This document shows, piece by piece, positions 1 through 9,378 of a stretch of 64,000 bases of DNA (positions are counted from its first letter, which is position 1; each line of letters opens with the position of its first letter). The stretch lies in contig JBJBCN010000003.1 in NCBI GenBank assembly GCA_047285805.1, positions 288,001-352,000 on the forward strand, in the 5' to 3' direction. The notes beneath the pieces were generated by a model, which saw nothing but the letters and a program-made list of their open reading frames with translations, was not told the origin of the DNA and did no database searches. This stretch comes from Synechococcus sp. (GTDB lineage Bacteria > Cyanobacteriota > Cyanobacteriia > PCC-6307 > Cyanobiaceae). Made by a program: the position numbers and the translations under genes.

Positions 1-2
1 CA

Positions 3-536
3 ATTTATGCAGCAACCTTAATCACAACGATTGTCTGCTCTTATCTGATGACCAAAGGTTGCATCATTATTGATGAGCGCCTCTCGAGGGCGGCGGCAGC
101 TATTCACCATTTGCCTTTCTTGCCACAAGAGGCCGTAGGTCTCTCATTCTCCTATCAGGAAGCATGCACCAATAAGACAGTCACTTTTATCTCAACAGCT
201 GGGGACTCTCTTCACAACATTTTTCTCGACTACTCCCTGCAAGCCGGGCTAATTGCTGGAGTTTCTCTTTTTGCATGCACTGCACTCTTAACTGGAAGAG
301 TCTTTTCCAAGTACTTTGAATCTCTTGGTAATAAGAATCAGGAAAACATGGGCACGGTTCTAAAGATGAGCGCGGCCGTTTCTATGACTGGGACATCCTG
401 GGTTCTTTGGCTATTTCAACCCATATCAAGCTCGAATTTCTCAATGTTCCTATGTTCACTATACTTTCTAGCACTTTGCTCTAGTGCAGTCCTAGCCCAT
501 CCAGAGAAAAAACCACCAATCCGGCTCACGAATTAG
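3..536 (+). CDS. O-antigen ligase (WaaL)-like polytopic membrane protein, 5'-truncated by the window edge
   Basis: The frame is open from nt 3 ([16 protein letters not shown]...). It has the motif [17 protein letters not shown] (ligase-type H-N/S...G) followed by TM helices and WLFQP. AT-richer than hisB, and overlaps the hisB stop convergently. Confidence 0.55.
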   Translation: MYAATLITTIVCSYLMTKGCIIIDERLSRAAAAIHHLPFLPQEAVGLSFSYQEACTNKTVTFISTAGDSLHNIFLDYSLQAGLIAGVSLFACTALLTGRVFSKYFESLGNKNQENMGTVLKMSAAVSMTGTSWVLWLFQPISSSNFSMFLCSLYFLALCSSAVLAHPEKKPPIRLTN

Positions 537-1134
537 AGCCTGCTCGCTCCAGCATGCCCTTGCTACTGGGAATAGCCCCAGCCCGGCGCGGGTCCACCTC
601 GGTTGCCAGGCGCAAGGCACGAGCGAAGGCCTTGAAGCAGGCCTCAACAATGTGGTGTGAGTTCACCCCATCCAGTTGGCGGATGTGCATAGTGAGGCCA
701 GAGTTGTTCACCACCGCCACGAAGAACTCTTTGACGAGCTCGGTGTCGTAAGTGCCGATCTTCTGAGCAGGAATCTGAAGCCCAAAGCTCAGGTGCGGGC
801 GGCCGCTGCAATCGAGGGCCACCTGTACCAAGGCCTCATCCAAGGGCGCCACAAAGTGACCGAAGCGGTGAATCCCGCGCCTGTCCTCCAGAGCCTGAGC
901 CAAGGCTTGGCCCAAGGCGATGCCGACGTCCTCATTGGTGTGGTGATCGTCAATGTGGGTGTCACCCAGAGCCTTGATCTCCAGATCCACCAGCCCATGG
1001 CTGCTGATCTGGTGAAGCATGTGATCGAGGAAGGGCACGCCCGTGCTTGCAGTGCACTGACCCGTGCCATCGAGATTCAGCTTTACGCGCACATCGGTTT
1101 CACCGGTGACGCGATGGATCTCGCCCGTGCGCAT
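526..1134 (-). CDS. hisB: Imidazoleglycerol-phosphate dehydratase
   Basis: R-x-T-x-ETD start, [17 protein letters not shown] and [18 protein letters not shown] motifs. Alternative ATG at 1140. Confidence 0.97.
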   Translation of the reverse strand: MRTGEIHRVTGETDVRVKLNLDGTGQCTASTGVPFLDHMLHQISSHGLVDLEIKALGDTHIDDHHTNEDVGIALGQALAQALEDRRGIHRFGHFVAPLDEALVQVALDCSGRPHLSFGLQIPAQKIGTYDTELVKEFFVAVVNNSGLTMHIRQLDGVNSHHIVEACFKAFARALRLATEVDPRRAGAIPSSKGMLERAGSNS

Positions 1135-1164
1135 GGTCATGCCCTCCTCAGATCAGTCTGCCGC

Positions 1165-1944
1165 TCACATGCCGGTGATGCAGTAACCGGCGTCGACATA
1201 GATGGTTTGACCGGTAATGCCGGAAGCAAGGTTGCTGGCCAAGAAGGCGGCGGTGCCACCTACCTCGTCTTGGGTGACGGTGCGGTGCAGGGGAGCCTTC
1301 TCCTCGACGTTGTGGATCATGTCGAGGATGCCACCAATGGCGGAGCTGGCCAGGGTGCGGATCGGACCGGCGCTGATGGCGTTCACGCGCACCTGCTTCT
1401 CACCCAGCTCAGCGGCCAGGTAGCGGACGGATGCCTCCAGAGCGGCCTTGGCCACTCCCATGACGTTGTAATTGGGGATCGCGCGCTCAGCGCCGAGGTA
1501 GCTGAGGGTGATCACGCTGGCGCCTTCGCTGAAGAGGGGCTTGGCGTGCTTGCAGAGCGGGGCCAGGGAGTAGGCGCTTACCTCGAGAGCCCGGGCAAAG
1601 CCCTCCGGAGAGATGTTCGAGTAGTCACCGATCAGCTCGTCCTTGCCGGCGAAGGCCAGGCAGTGCACGAGTACGTCGATCTTGCCCCACTGCTCATTGA
1701 CCTTGGCAAACACCGCCTCGATCTGAGCAGGATCTTGCACGTTCAGGGGCTCGAACAGGGTTGGGGCCAGGGGAGCGGTGAGCTCGCGCACCTTGCCTTC
1801 AAAGCGCCCCTTGTCATCGGGGAGGTAGGTCACCCCGAGCTCAGCACCGGCGGCGTGCAGCTGCTGGGCGATGCCCCAAGCGATCGACTTGTTGTTGGCG
1901 ATGCCCGTGACGAGGGCCTTCTTACCGCGCAGATCGAGGAGCAT
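1165..1944 (-). CDS. fabI: Enoyl-ACP reductase
   Basis: Start taken at MLLDLRGKKALVTGIANNKSIAWGIA. Contains YNVMGVAKAALE and RVNAISAGPIRTLAS; 259 aa. Confidence 0.96.
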   Translation of the reverse strand: MLLDLRGKKALVTGIANNKSIAWGIAQQLHAAGAELGVTYLPDDKGRFEGKVRELTAPLAPTLFEPLNVQDPAQIEAVFAKVNEQWGKIDVLVHCLAFAGKDELIGDYSNISPEGFARALEVSAYSLAPLCKHAKPLFSEGASVITLSYLGAERAIPNYNVMGVAKAALEASVRYLAAELGEKQVRVNAISAGPIRTLASSAIGGILDMIHNVEEKAPLHRTVTQDEVGGTAAFLASNLASGITGQTIYVDAGYCITGM

Positions 1945-2011
1945 GAATTGGGCACTTGCTATCAGGGGATTCTCACCCAGCCGCGGCCGTGGACTCAACC
2001 CGACAGGATCA

Positions 2012-2965
2012 ATGGCCCCCAAGACCCCGCCGTTGGCTAGTCCCACCCTGCGCGGAGTGCCCCTTAATTGGGATGCGCACCCGGGCGATCTCCCCCGACA
2101 GTTCACAGACCGCAGCGAGCTCGAGCGCACGCTGCAGCAGCTATTTCCCGAAGCCAGCGGTTGCTTGAGCCCGATCCAAGGGGGCCGACGCCAGGCGGAG
2201 GCCCTGCTCAGCAAGGTCAAGCCCGAGCGCTACGCCAAAGCTCGCAACTTCCTCAGTGGCCCCGTCACCCGGCTCTCGCCCTATATCCGCCATGGGGCAA
2301 TCAGCCTGGCGGAGGTGCGCGATGCGGTCTTTGCCCGCACCAAGCAACGTCAGGCCAGCGAGAAGCTGATCAATGAGCTGGGCTGGCGGGACTACTGGCA
2401 ACGCCTCTGGGCTGAGCTGGACGATGGGATCTGGAGCGATCAGGAGCCCCTCAAAACCGGCCATCACCCTGAGGCCTACGCCGAAACGCTGCCGGCTGAT
2501 CTAGGTGAGGGTCGGACCGGCTTAGCTTGCATGGATGGATTCATCCAGGAGTTGCACCAGAGCGGCTGGCTCCACAACCACGCCCGGATGTGGCTGGCAG
2601 CCTATGTAGTGCACTGGCGGCAAATCCGCTGGCAGGCCGGCGCCCAGTGGTTCCTGCGCCACCTGCTCGATGGGGACCCGGCAAGCAACAACCTCAGCTG
2701 GCAGTGGGTGGCCAGCAGCTTCAGCCACAAGCCCTACTTCTTCAACCGCTCAAACCTGGAGCGCTACAGCGATGGCCGCTACTGCCAGGACTGCGGACTG
2801 AGCGCCAAGGGCTGTCCGTTTGAGGCCAGCTACGAGCAGCTCGAGCAGCGCCTGTTCCAGCAGCATGCCGCCATCCGCGACACGGGCGATCGCCCCTACC
2901 GCCGTCAAGGCCGCTCGAGTTCCAAAGCCTCTGCCTTCAGCCGTCCCGCCAAGCCGAACCGATGA
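2012..2965 (+). CDS. Short photolyase/cryptochrome-family protein, FAD-binding domain only, with 4 Cys in an Fe-S-like pattern
   Basis: VTRLSPYIRHG, ELGWRDYW, GWLHNHARMWLA, LLDGDPASNNLSWQW; no N-terminal alpha/beta domain. Start chosen at ATG 2012 because the longer ORF overlaps fabI. Confidence 0.85.
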   Translation: MAPKTPPLASPTLRGVPLNWDAHPGDLPRQFTDRSELERTLQQLFPEASGCLSPIQGGRRQAEALLSKVKPERYAKARNFLSGPVTRLSPYIRHGAISLAEVRDAVFARTKQRQASEKLINELGWRDYWQRLWAELDDGIWSDQEPLKTGHHPEAYAETLPADLGEGRTGLACMDGFIQELHQSGWLHNHARMWLAAYVVHWRQIRWQAGAQWFLRHLLDGDPASNNLSWQWVASSFSHKPYFFNRSNLERYSDGRYCQDCGLSAKGCPFEASYEQLEQRLFQQHAAIRDTGDRPYRRQGRSSSKASAFSRPAKPNR

Positions 2966-3435
2966 ACCATCCGATCCTTTGGCTGCACGGCGACGCCCTA
3001 GGCCCCAGCAACCCCGCTCTGTTGGCCCACCCCGGTCAGCCTGCCGTATTCGTCTTCGACCGCGAACTCCTGCTGGGCAACAGTCCCACCACCGCCGATC
3101 CCCAGGACGCAGCGCCGGAGGCCGTCAGCCTCAAGCGCATCGGCTTTGTCTACGAATGCCTGTTGGAGTTGCCGGTCGGCCTGCGCCACGGGGATGTGGC
3201 CGACGAGGTTCTCCGCTTTGCCCAGGCCCATGGCGCCGATGGCATCGTCACTAGCTCCAGCGTCGATCCCCGGGTGGAAAGCATCTGCCGCCGGCTCGAG
3301 CAAACCCTGCCGGTGCTGCGGTTGGATCCGGCGCCGTTCGTCGAACTCGACGGGTGCGTGAATCTGGGGCGCTTTAGCCGCTACTGGAGGCAAGCCGAAC
3401 GGGAAGTCTGGGCCGACTGGGCGCCTCAGAGTTAA
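2962..3435 (+). CDS. Stand-alone photolyase N-terminal (antenna-like alpha/beta) domain protein
   Basis: ILWLHGDALGPSNPAL, AVFVFD and KRIGFVYECLLEL parallel the N-terminus of the full photolyase at 7320-8774. ATGA overlap with the upstream gene. Confidence 0.7.
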   Translation: MNHPILWLHGDALGPSNPALLAHPGQPAVFVFDRELLLGNSPTTADPQDAAPEAVSLKRIGFVYECLLELPVGLRHGDVADEVLRFAQAHGADGIVTSSSVDPRVESICRRLEQTLPVLRLDPAPFVELDGCVNLGRFSRYWRQAEREVWADWAPQS

Positions 3436-3917
3436 GAAACTCCGTTCTCCTTAGGGGTACTGAGCAGGTCCCTCTCCTCCAGCATCGGGAAGGCCGGAGC
3501 GCTGACCTCAGCGGCATTGCGTGGCGGCGGCTTCCACTGCCAACGGGCCTTGGGAGCACGCTGACGGCAGAGCGCTTGGAGCTCGTGTCGAAGCGCGCGC
3601 TGGACGTCCTTGCGGTGTACCGCCTCAAAAAACTCCTCACGAGACGCCAAACCCGTGCTGAAGGGGCGGCTGCCGTTGCCGTTAAAGAGCCGGGCCGGAT
3701 CCACCAACCAGCGGGGCTTACAGACCCCGGCCTCTCGGGTATCAGTGGCCAGCCAGATGTGCAGCCCATAGCCGTCGGGCTGGTTCACTACCGCTACACC
3801 GTCGTGGAGCTGAGAGCGTTGCAAGGGGTAGATCGTCCAGGTAGCGCTGCGGTGGGCGGGAACACAACCAACGACAGCCAAAGCCAGGAGAGCCGCTGCG
3901 GGACGGGGCCAACCCAA
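3432..3917 (-). CDS. Hypothetical lipoprotein
   Basis: Signal peptide with lipobox-like AVVGC; fills the gap between neighbours; TTG start. Confidence 0.65.
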   Translation of the reverse strand: MGWPRPAAALLALAVVGCVPAHRSATWTIYPLQRSQLHDGVAVVNQPDGYGLHIWLATDTREAGVCKPRWLVDPARLFNGNGSRPFSTGLASREEFFEAVHRKDVQRALRHELQALCRQRAPKARWQWKPPPRNAAEVSAPAFPMLEERDLLSTPKENGVS

Positions 3918-3958
3918 GGCAGTTCAGGGCACAATCAGCCCATTCTGGTGGCGTTGTC

Positions 3959-4543
3959 ATGGTGCTCACCCCTTCTGAAATGTTGCCCCTGAGAACCCCC
4001 CTGCCTGCGTTCTCACTAGAGCGGGCTACGGGGGGACGCTGGGAGACTGCAGCACTGGAAGCCAAGCCCGTGCTGGTGCTGTTCATCTGCGCCCACTGCC
4101 CCTACGTGATCCACATCGAGCCCGAGCTGGGCCGCCTGGAGCGCGACTACGGAGAATGGGTGCAGATCGTGGCGATCTCCAGCAACAGCACGATCACCCA
4201 CCCCCAGGACGGCCCCGAAGGCTTACGGGCCCAGGCTCAGCGCCAAGGCTGGAACTTCCCGTACCTCTTTGATGCCAGCCAAGCGGTGGCCAGGGCCTTC
4301 CAGGCGGCCTGCACCCCCGACCTTTTCCTGTTCGACGGCCAGCACCAGCTCATCTACCGCGGCCAGATGGATGGGAGCCGTCCCGGCAACGACGAACCCC
4401 TCACCGGGGCGGACTTACGGACTGCGATCGATGATCTATTGGCGGGCCGGGCAGTGAACCCCGATCAGCGCCCCTCGATTGGCTGCAGCATCAAGTGGCA
4501 TCCGGGGGGGGCTAGAAGCCCGAGAACCGAATCAGGGCCTTAA
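3959..4543 (+). CDS. Thioredoxin-fold (AhpC/TSA family) protein
   Basis: FICAHCPYV CxxC, FPYLFDASQ, AACTPD and PSIGCSIKW motifs. Confidence 0.9.
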   Translation: MVLTPSEMLPLRTPLPAFSLERATGGRWETAALEAKPVLVLFICAHCPYVIHIEPELGRLERDYGEWVQIVAISSNSTITHPQDGPEGLRAQAQRQGWNFPYLFDASQAVARAFQAACTPDLFLFDGQHQLIYRGQMDGSRPGNDEPLTGADLRTAIDDLLAGRAVNPDQRPSIGCSIKWHPGGARSPRTESGP

Positions 4544-4553
4544 GGTTGCCGGC

Positions 4554-5777
4554 ATGCAGGTGCCCCCTTTCAGCCTCACCGAACAGCTGGAGCAGCTCGG
4601 ACCTGAGCTGGACGCAGCCGTTTTAGAGGTCCTCCGTAGCGGTCAATACATCGGCGGAGGGGTCATCGCAGCGTTTGAGAAGGCCTTCGCCGCAAGCGTG
4701 GACAGCCCCTTTGCCGTGGGCTGCAACAGCGGCACCGATGCCTTGATCCTGGCCTTACGGGGCCTGGGCATCGGTCCTGGTGATGAGGTGATCACCGCCT
4801 CTTTCAGCTTCTTCGCGACAGCTGAGGCCATCAGCGCGGTGGGCGCAACCCCCGTCTTTGTCGACGTCGAGGAGAGCTCATATCTAATTGATCTTGATCA
4901 AGTCGAGGCCGCGATCACGCCGGCAACCAAGGCTCTGATCCCGGTCCATCTCTTTGGCCGGCCCGTAGACATGGAGCGGGTAAGTTCCATCGCTGAACTC
5001 CACAACCTGAAGGTGGTCGAGGACTGTGCCCAAGCCAGCGGTGCCAGCTGGGCAGGCCGACCGGTGGGCAGCTGGGGTGACGTGGGCTGCTTCAGCTTCT
5101 TCCCCACCAAGAACCTCGGTGGTGCCGGCGACGGCGGCGCTGTGACCTGCAAGGACGAAGCTCTCGCCCAGCGCATGCGGGAGCTAGCCGTTCACGGAAT
5201 GCCGCGCCGCTATCTCCACAGCCAACTCGGCTACAACAGCCGCCTCGATTCGATCCAGGCCGCGGTTCTGAGCGTCAAGCTGCCGCACCTGACCAGCTGG
5301 GTGGAGAAGCGCGCTGCAATCGCCCAGCACTACCGAGCCGAACTCACAGGCAGCAGCGGATTTATCTTGCCCGAAGCCGCTCCGTCTGGCCACAGCTGGA
5401 ACCAATTCGTTGTGCGGATCCCTACCTGCAACCCGACGCCTGCCTGCGGCTCCAGCTGCATACCTTCCGCTGACAGCTCCAACTTCAGTCTGCCGGAAGC
5501 CTGCTGCCGCGACTGGCTGAAACAACAGCTCCAGGACGCGGGGGTGACCACGATCATTTACTACCCGATCCCTATCCACCGGCAGCCGGCCTACGCCCAC
5601 CTGAACTACCCGCCCGGCTCGCTTCCCATCACCGAGCGCCTTTGTTCAGAAGTCCTCAGCCTACCTATCTACCCTGAACTTGAAGTCAAAAAGCAGTCTC
5701 ATACTATCGCATCGATCAAAAAGATCATTACCAAAGCAGACCGTCAAGACTGCCCTGAGACAACACCGTTCAAATAG
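4554..5777 (+). CDS. DegT/DnrJ/EryC1/StrS PLP-dependent sugar aminotransferase
   Basis: NSGTDAL, EDCAQA, FSFFPTKNLG (PLP lysine), GYNSRLD. Start taken at ATG 4554 (MQVPPFSL). Confidence 0.93.
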   Translation: MQVPPFSLTEQLEQLGPELDAAVLEVLRSGQYIGGGVIAAFEKAFAASVDSPFAVGCNSGTDALILALRGLGIGPGDEVITASFSFFATAEAISAVGATPVFVDVEESSYLIDLDQVEAAITPATKALIPVHLFGRPVDMERVSSIAELHNLKVVEDCAQASGASWAGRPVGSWGDVGCFSFFPTKNLGGAGDGGAVTCKDEALAQRMRELAVHGMPRRYLHSQLGYNSRLDSIQAAVLSVKLPHLTSWVEKRAAIAQHYRAELTGSSGFILPEAAPSGHSWNQFVVRIPTCNPTPACGSSCIPSADSSNFSLPEACCRDWLKQQLQDAGVTTIIYYPIPIHRQPAYAHLNYPPGSLPITERLCSEVLSLPIYPELEVKKQSHTIASIKKIITKADRQDCPETTPFK

Positions 5778-5836
5778 AAGGTCTGCAGACCTCCAAATAG
5801 ATCCTATCCATGCCTGTGGATCCAGCAACACGACAA

Positions 5837-7072
5837 CTAGATTGAATCAATGTATTTGACAAACGAGGAATTGCCAATATCCACCTCTAACACTTCAGAG
5901 ATAATCATAGATACAGACTCACTCCATTCTGACTCAGAAGACAAATATGCGAAGTCAAGTGCTGACCTGAAATAGTTCCTATCAGGCGTCGAAGTCCAAA
6001 AATCTCCGCTTTCAGGCAGATCCGCAGGCCAGCCAAAAGACCAATCCTTCCACCCCAAAGCGTTTCCTCGACAGTGGAAAAGCGCTGTTCGGACACCAGC
6101 AGCCAACCCCTCAAGACAAAGAGTGGAATCAACTCCAGCTACCAGGGAGGAGCTCAAAACACTTGCGTAAGCCTCATCAGTAGTTGATGGCACCAAAAAC
6201 TCAAAAGCATCACTTTCACCAGAAGCCAGGTCTTCGTAAAATTTATATTCTTGCAGTGACAAATCAGAATGTTCTCTTGAGGGAGACAAAACCCGAACCC
6301 TCAAGGCTCTTTCACGCGCCCACTCCATAAGATATTTAAACGCCATAGCATCCACCTCGAAGCATGATTCATGAGAAACAGGAAGACCATTCGCCGAAAC
6401 ACAAAATGGCTGGTTGCCGCCTTTGGGCCTTCTCCAAGAAGAAACATATGTAATTGAGTTCGATCGCCCCCTTTTATCTGACGACGCAGGCTTAGACAAG
6501 AACTTATTCAGTCGAAATGAACCCGTTAATTCAAAAGATCCCATCACATATTCAGAATAGAGATCTGCTACAGGCAAAGAAAAAACAAACATCTTGTCAA
6601 CGTAGTTCTTAATTCGATCAGCCTTGTCAATACTAGAAAATAAATCTCTGTTAATGCTTCTTCTTCCATTCTGAATAAACACAGTTTTCACATGCGGGAG
6701 CAAGCCCTTGAGCCGGAAAAAGTCCAGATTATTATCAATCGCAGTCAATACGACAGAAGGCCTGGTTACCAACAAAAAAACATAGTAGTATGACATGCGA
6801 AGAGGCATAGGCTTAATAACTCGGACAAAAAGAGCCGCAATTAAAACTAAGAGCCAAATCTCTTCCTTCCTAGTCGATAAGTACGCAACTCGATGCTCAG
6901 ACAAATAGCCATCAAAAATATCACTTGATGTCCTATCAAAAATGACTATGTCCGCACACTGCGGCAAAAACCATCTAAAAGCAATGTGGCTGCGGGAAAA
7001 CGAACATGCTTTTAACATAAGCCAAGATCTAAACTGCAAAATGCCAAGATCATCATAAGCATATAGCGTCAA
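5837..7072 (-). CDS. Putative surface-carbohydrate/O-antigen biosynthesis protein (single-gene AT-rich insert)
   Basis: 411-aa ORF much lower in GC than its flanks. IQNGRR, GSFRLN and DSTLCLEGLAAG resemble GT-B-like surface polysaccharide proteins. Alternative ATG at 7018. Confidence 0.55.
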   Translation of the reverse strand: MTLYAYDDLGILQFRSWLMLKACSFSRSHIAFRWFLPQCADIVIFDRTSSDIFDGYLSEHRVAYLSTRKEEIWLLVLIAALFVRVIKPMPLRMSYYYVFLLVTRPSVVLTAIDNNLDFFRLKGLLPHVKTVFIQNGRRSINRDLFSSIDKADRIKNYVDKMFVFSLPVADLYSEYVMGSFELTGSFRLNKFLSKPASSDKRGRSNSITYVSSWRRPKGGNQPFCVSANGLPVSHESCFEVDAMAFKYLMEWARERALRVRVLSPSREHSDLSLQEYKFYEDLASGESDAFEFLVPSTTDEAYASVLSSSLVAGVDSTLCLEGLAAGVRTALFHCRGNALGWKDWSFGWPADLPESGDFWTSTPDRNYFRSALDFAYLSSESEWSESVSMIISEVLEVDIGNSSFVKYIDSI

Positions 7073-7319
7073 TACAAGTCAACAAGGAGAAACCCTCTCG
7101 AGGTGAACTCGAAACCCAATCAAAATAGAGCCACAAGACGCATTAACGCCTTATGCTCATGCGATACAGAAAGTCACTGATAAACTATTACTAGTAAATT
7201 ATTTGCTAAACAAAGCGATCAGCTTTATAGAGAGCCCATGCCACAAGGCAGGTCGCTTTGCATCAAGACTGAATCAATAGAGCGCAGACTCGTCAGTAGT
7301 TACTTGCTTAAGCGCACGT

Positions 7320-8774
7320 TCACTCAGAACCTTTCATGGATTGATACAAATTCTTAAAGTGTGCTTGTTGGTTCTTATGGCTCACGATTGGGGCTGGATA
7401 ACCGCGACGCTCCATTGGGGTGATTTCACCGCTTAGCAGATCCTTTGTATTCACGTGCTTAAGCTCCGGCAGCCAGCTCCGGATGTAGTCGCCGTCTGGG
7501 TCGAACTTGCTGGCCTGAGTCGCGGGGTTGAAGATCCGCAGGGGCTTGGGATCCATCCCGCTGCTAGCGCTCCACTGCCAACCACCATTGTTGGCCGCCA
7601 GGTCGCCATCGACCAGGCGAGACATGAAAGCGGTCTCGCCTAGGCGCCAATCGCAGATGAGGTCCTTCACCAAATAGGAGGCCACAATCATCCGGCAGCG
7701 GTTGTGCATCCAGCCGCTCTCATTGAGCTGGCGCATCGCAGCATCAATGATCGGCATGCCCGTTAGCCCATCACACCAGGCCTGATAGCGCTTGGAGTCA
7801 TTCTCCCAGGGGAAACGCTTCCACTGGGGCCGGTAAGGACCATCGGCGAGCTCCGGGAAATGAAACAGCGCGTGTTGGTAGAACTCGCGCCACGCCAGCT
7901 CTTGCTCCCAAACCTGAATCGACTCGCGCTGCTCATCGCTGCGGGCCAAGGCCTTCGCTTGCAGCGCCGCATCCCAGGCCTGACGAGGGCTGAGGGTCCC
8001 GAACTTCAACGCTGCCGAGAGGCCCGACGTCCCAGCCACTCCGGGCATATTCCGCCCGGGCTCGTAAGACAGCAGAGGGCCTCCATCACAGAAGGCCTGG
8101 AGTTGCCGCACTGCGGCGGCCTCACCCGGGCGACAGGGGCAGAGATCGGCTCCAGCAAAAGTTTTACCAATTAACCCTAGGGACGGCAGGTCTCGAAGCA
8201 GTGGCAGTCGCTCTGGCAGCTCGGCCCCATGGGCCAGAAGTCCCTGGGGGGAGAGCCGCAGCGCCAACTCTCCGGCCGCAGCTCTGCACTCAACCTGAGC
8301 AAACCAGTTGCGTTTGAACGGTCCGTACACCCTGTACGGATCTCCACCGCCCGTCCTTAGGGCCTCTGGGGCAACCAGGAGCTGATCCCAGTCCACCAGG
8401 ACCTTTTGCCCCTGGGCCTGCAGCGCAGCGGCCACTCTCCGATCGCGCTCACGCCCATAGGGCTCCACGTCACGGTTCCAGGCAACGACGCCCGCCCCAA
8501 TCGCCGAGGCCAATTGCGGCAACAGCTCAGCGGGGTCGCCATGGAGCAGCAGCAACTCACTTCCCGCCTGGCGCCAGTTGACCTGGAGTTCCTTCAGGCT
8601 CTCGAGCAGAAACCAGAGCCGCGCCGGCGCCATATCCGCCGCGGAGAGGATCGCCGGATCCATCACAAACACGCCTGTGACCGCCGGTGTGGCTGCAGCC
8701 GCTGCCGCCAAGCCGAGGTTGTCAGCCAGACGCAAATCACGGCGATGCCAAAACAGCCAACGCTCCGCTGCCAT
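7320..8774 (-). CDS. phrB: Deoxyribodipyrimidine (CPD) photolyase, full length
   Basis: WHRRDLRLADN, TSGLSAALKFG, ELAWREFY, GWMHNRCRMIVAS, DGDLAANNGGWQW, RIFNP. Confidence 0.93.
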   Translation of the reverse strand: MAAERWLFWHRRDLRLADNLGLAAAAAATPAVTGVFVMDPAILSAADMAPARLWFLLESLKELQVNWRQAGSELLLLHGDPAELLPQLASAIGAGVVAWNRDVEPYGRERDRRVAAALQAQGQKVLVDWDQLLVAPEALRTGGGDPYRVYGPFKRNWFAQVECRAAAGELALRLSPQGLLAHGAELPERLPLLRDLPSLGLIGKTFAGADLCPCRPGEAAAVRQLQAFCDGGPLLSYEPGRNMPGVAGTSGLSAALKFGTLSPRQAWDAALQAKALARSDEQRESIQVWEQELAWREFYQHALFHFPELADGPYRPQWKRFPWENDSKRYQAWCDGLTGMPIIDAAMRQLNESGWMHNRCRMIVASYLVKDLICDWRLGETAFMSRLVDGDLAANNGGWQWSASSGMDPKPLRIFNPATQASKFDPDGDYIRSWLPELKHVNTKDLLSGEITPMERRGYPAPIVSHKNQQAHFKNLYQSMKGSE

Positions 8775-9334
8775 CAGATCCCCAGCACTTGCTTGGCGCG
8801 GAACCAGGCGGTCACGCTCTTGCCGTCGAGGTACTCGTCGCCGCTGGCGATCAGCTGATCAAGTTCCGCTGGCGTCATCAACACCACCTCAAGGTCTTCA
8901 TCGTCATCCCCTGGAGGCCGCTCGCTCAGTTCCGTGAGATCACGGGCCAAGAACAGGTGAATCACCTCATCGGAGTAGCCCGGACAGGGCAACAGCGCAC
9001 CCAGGGAATCCCAACAGGTCGCGAAATAGCCGGCTTCCTCCTGCAGCTCACGCTGCATCGTGCTGAGCGGGGTCTCGCCTGGATCCAAGGTGCCGGCCGG
9101 AAACTCCAACAGCCGGGTCGCGACCGCAAAGCGGTACTGGCGCAGAACCACAACGCGGCCATCGGCAAGCACAGGCACCGCCAGGGATGCACCCGGGTGC
9201 TTCACCATCCCGAAGGTGCCCTCGACACCCATCGGGAGCTGCATCCGATTTACCTCAAAGCGCAGCTTGCGCACATCGAGGCTGGCCGTTGTCTCGAGCT
9301 GGCGCGCAGGCTCTGGAGCGGGCAGTGGCGCCAT
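8774..9334 (-). CDS. NUDIX hydrolase (ADP-ribose pyrophosphatase-like)
   Basis: QYRF followed by the Nudix box EFPAGTLDPGETPLSTMQRELQEEAG. Confidence 0.92.
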   Translation of the reverse strand: MAPLPAPEPARQLETTASLDVRKLRFEVNRMQLPMGVEGTFGMVKHPGASLAVPVLADGRVVVLRQYRFAVATRLLEFPAGTLDPGETPLSTMQRELQEEAGYFATCWDSLGALLPCPGYSDEVIHLFLARDLTELSERPPGDDDEDLEVVLMTPAELDQLIASGDEYLDGKSVTAWFRAKQVLGI

Positions 9335-9378
9335 GGGAATGGGTTAACAAGCAATGCCATCAAGCATCGCAGTTGCAT

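Noticed and set aside
676..2040. 454-aa + strand ORF
   Set aside because: It is antisense to hisB and fabI with no recognisable motifs; a typical shadow ORF of GC-rich coding DNA.
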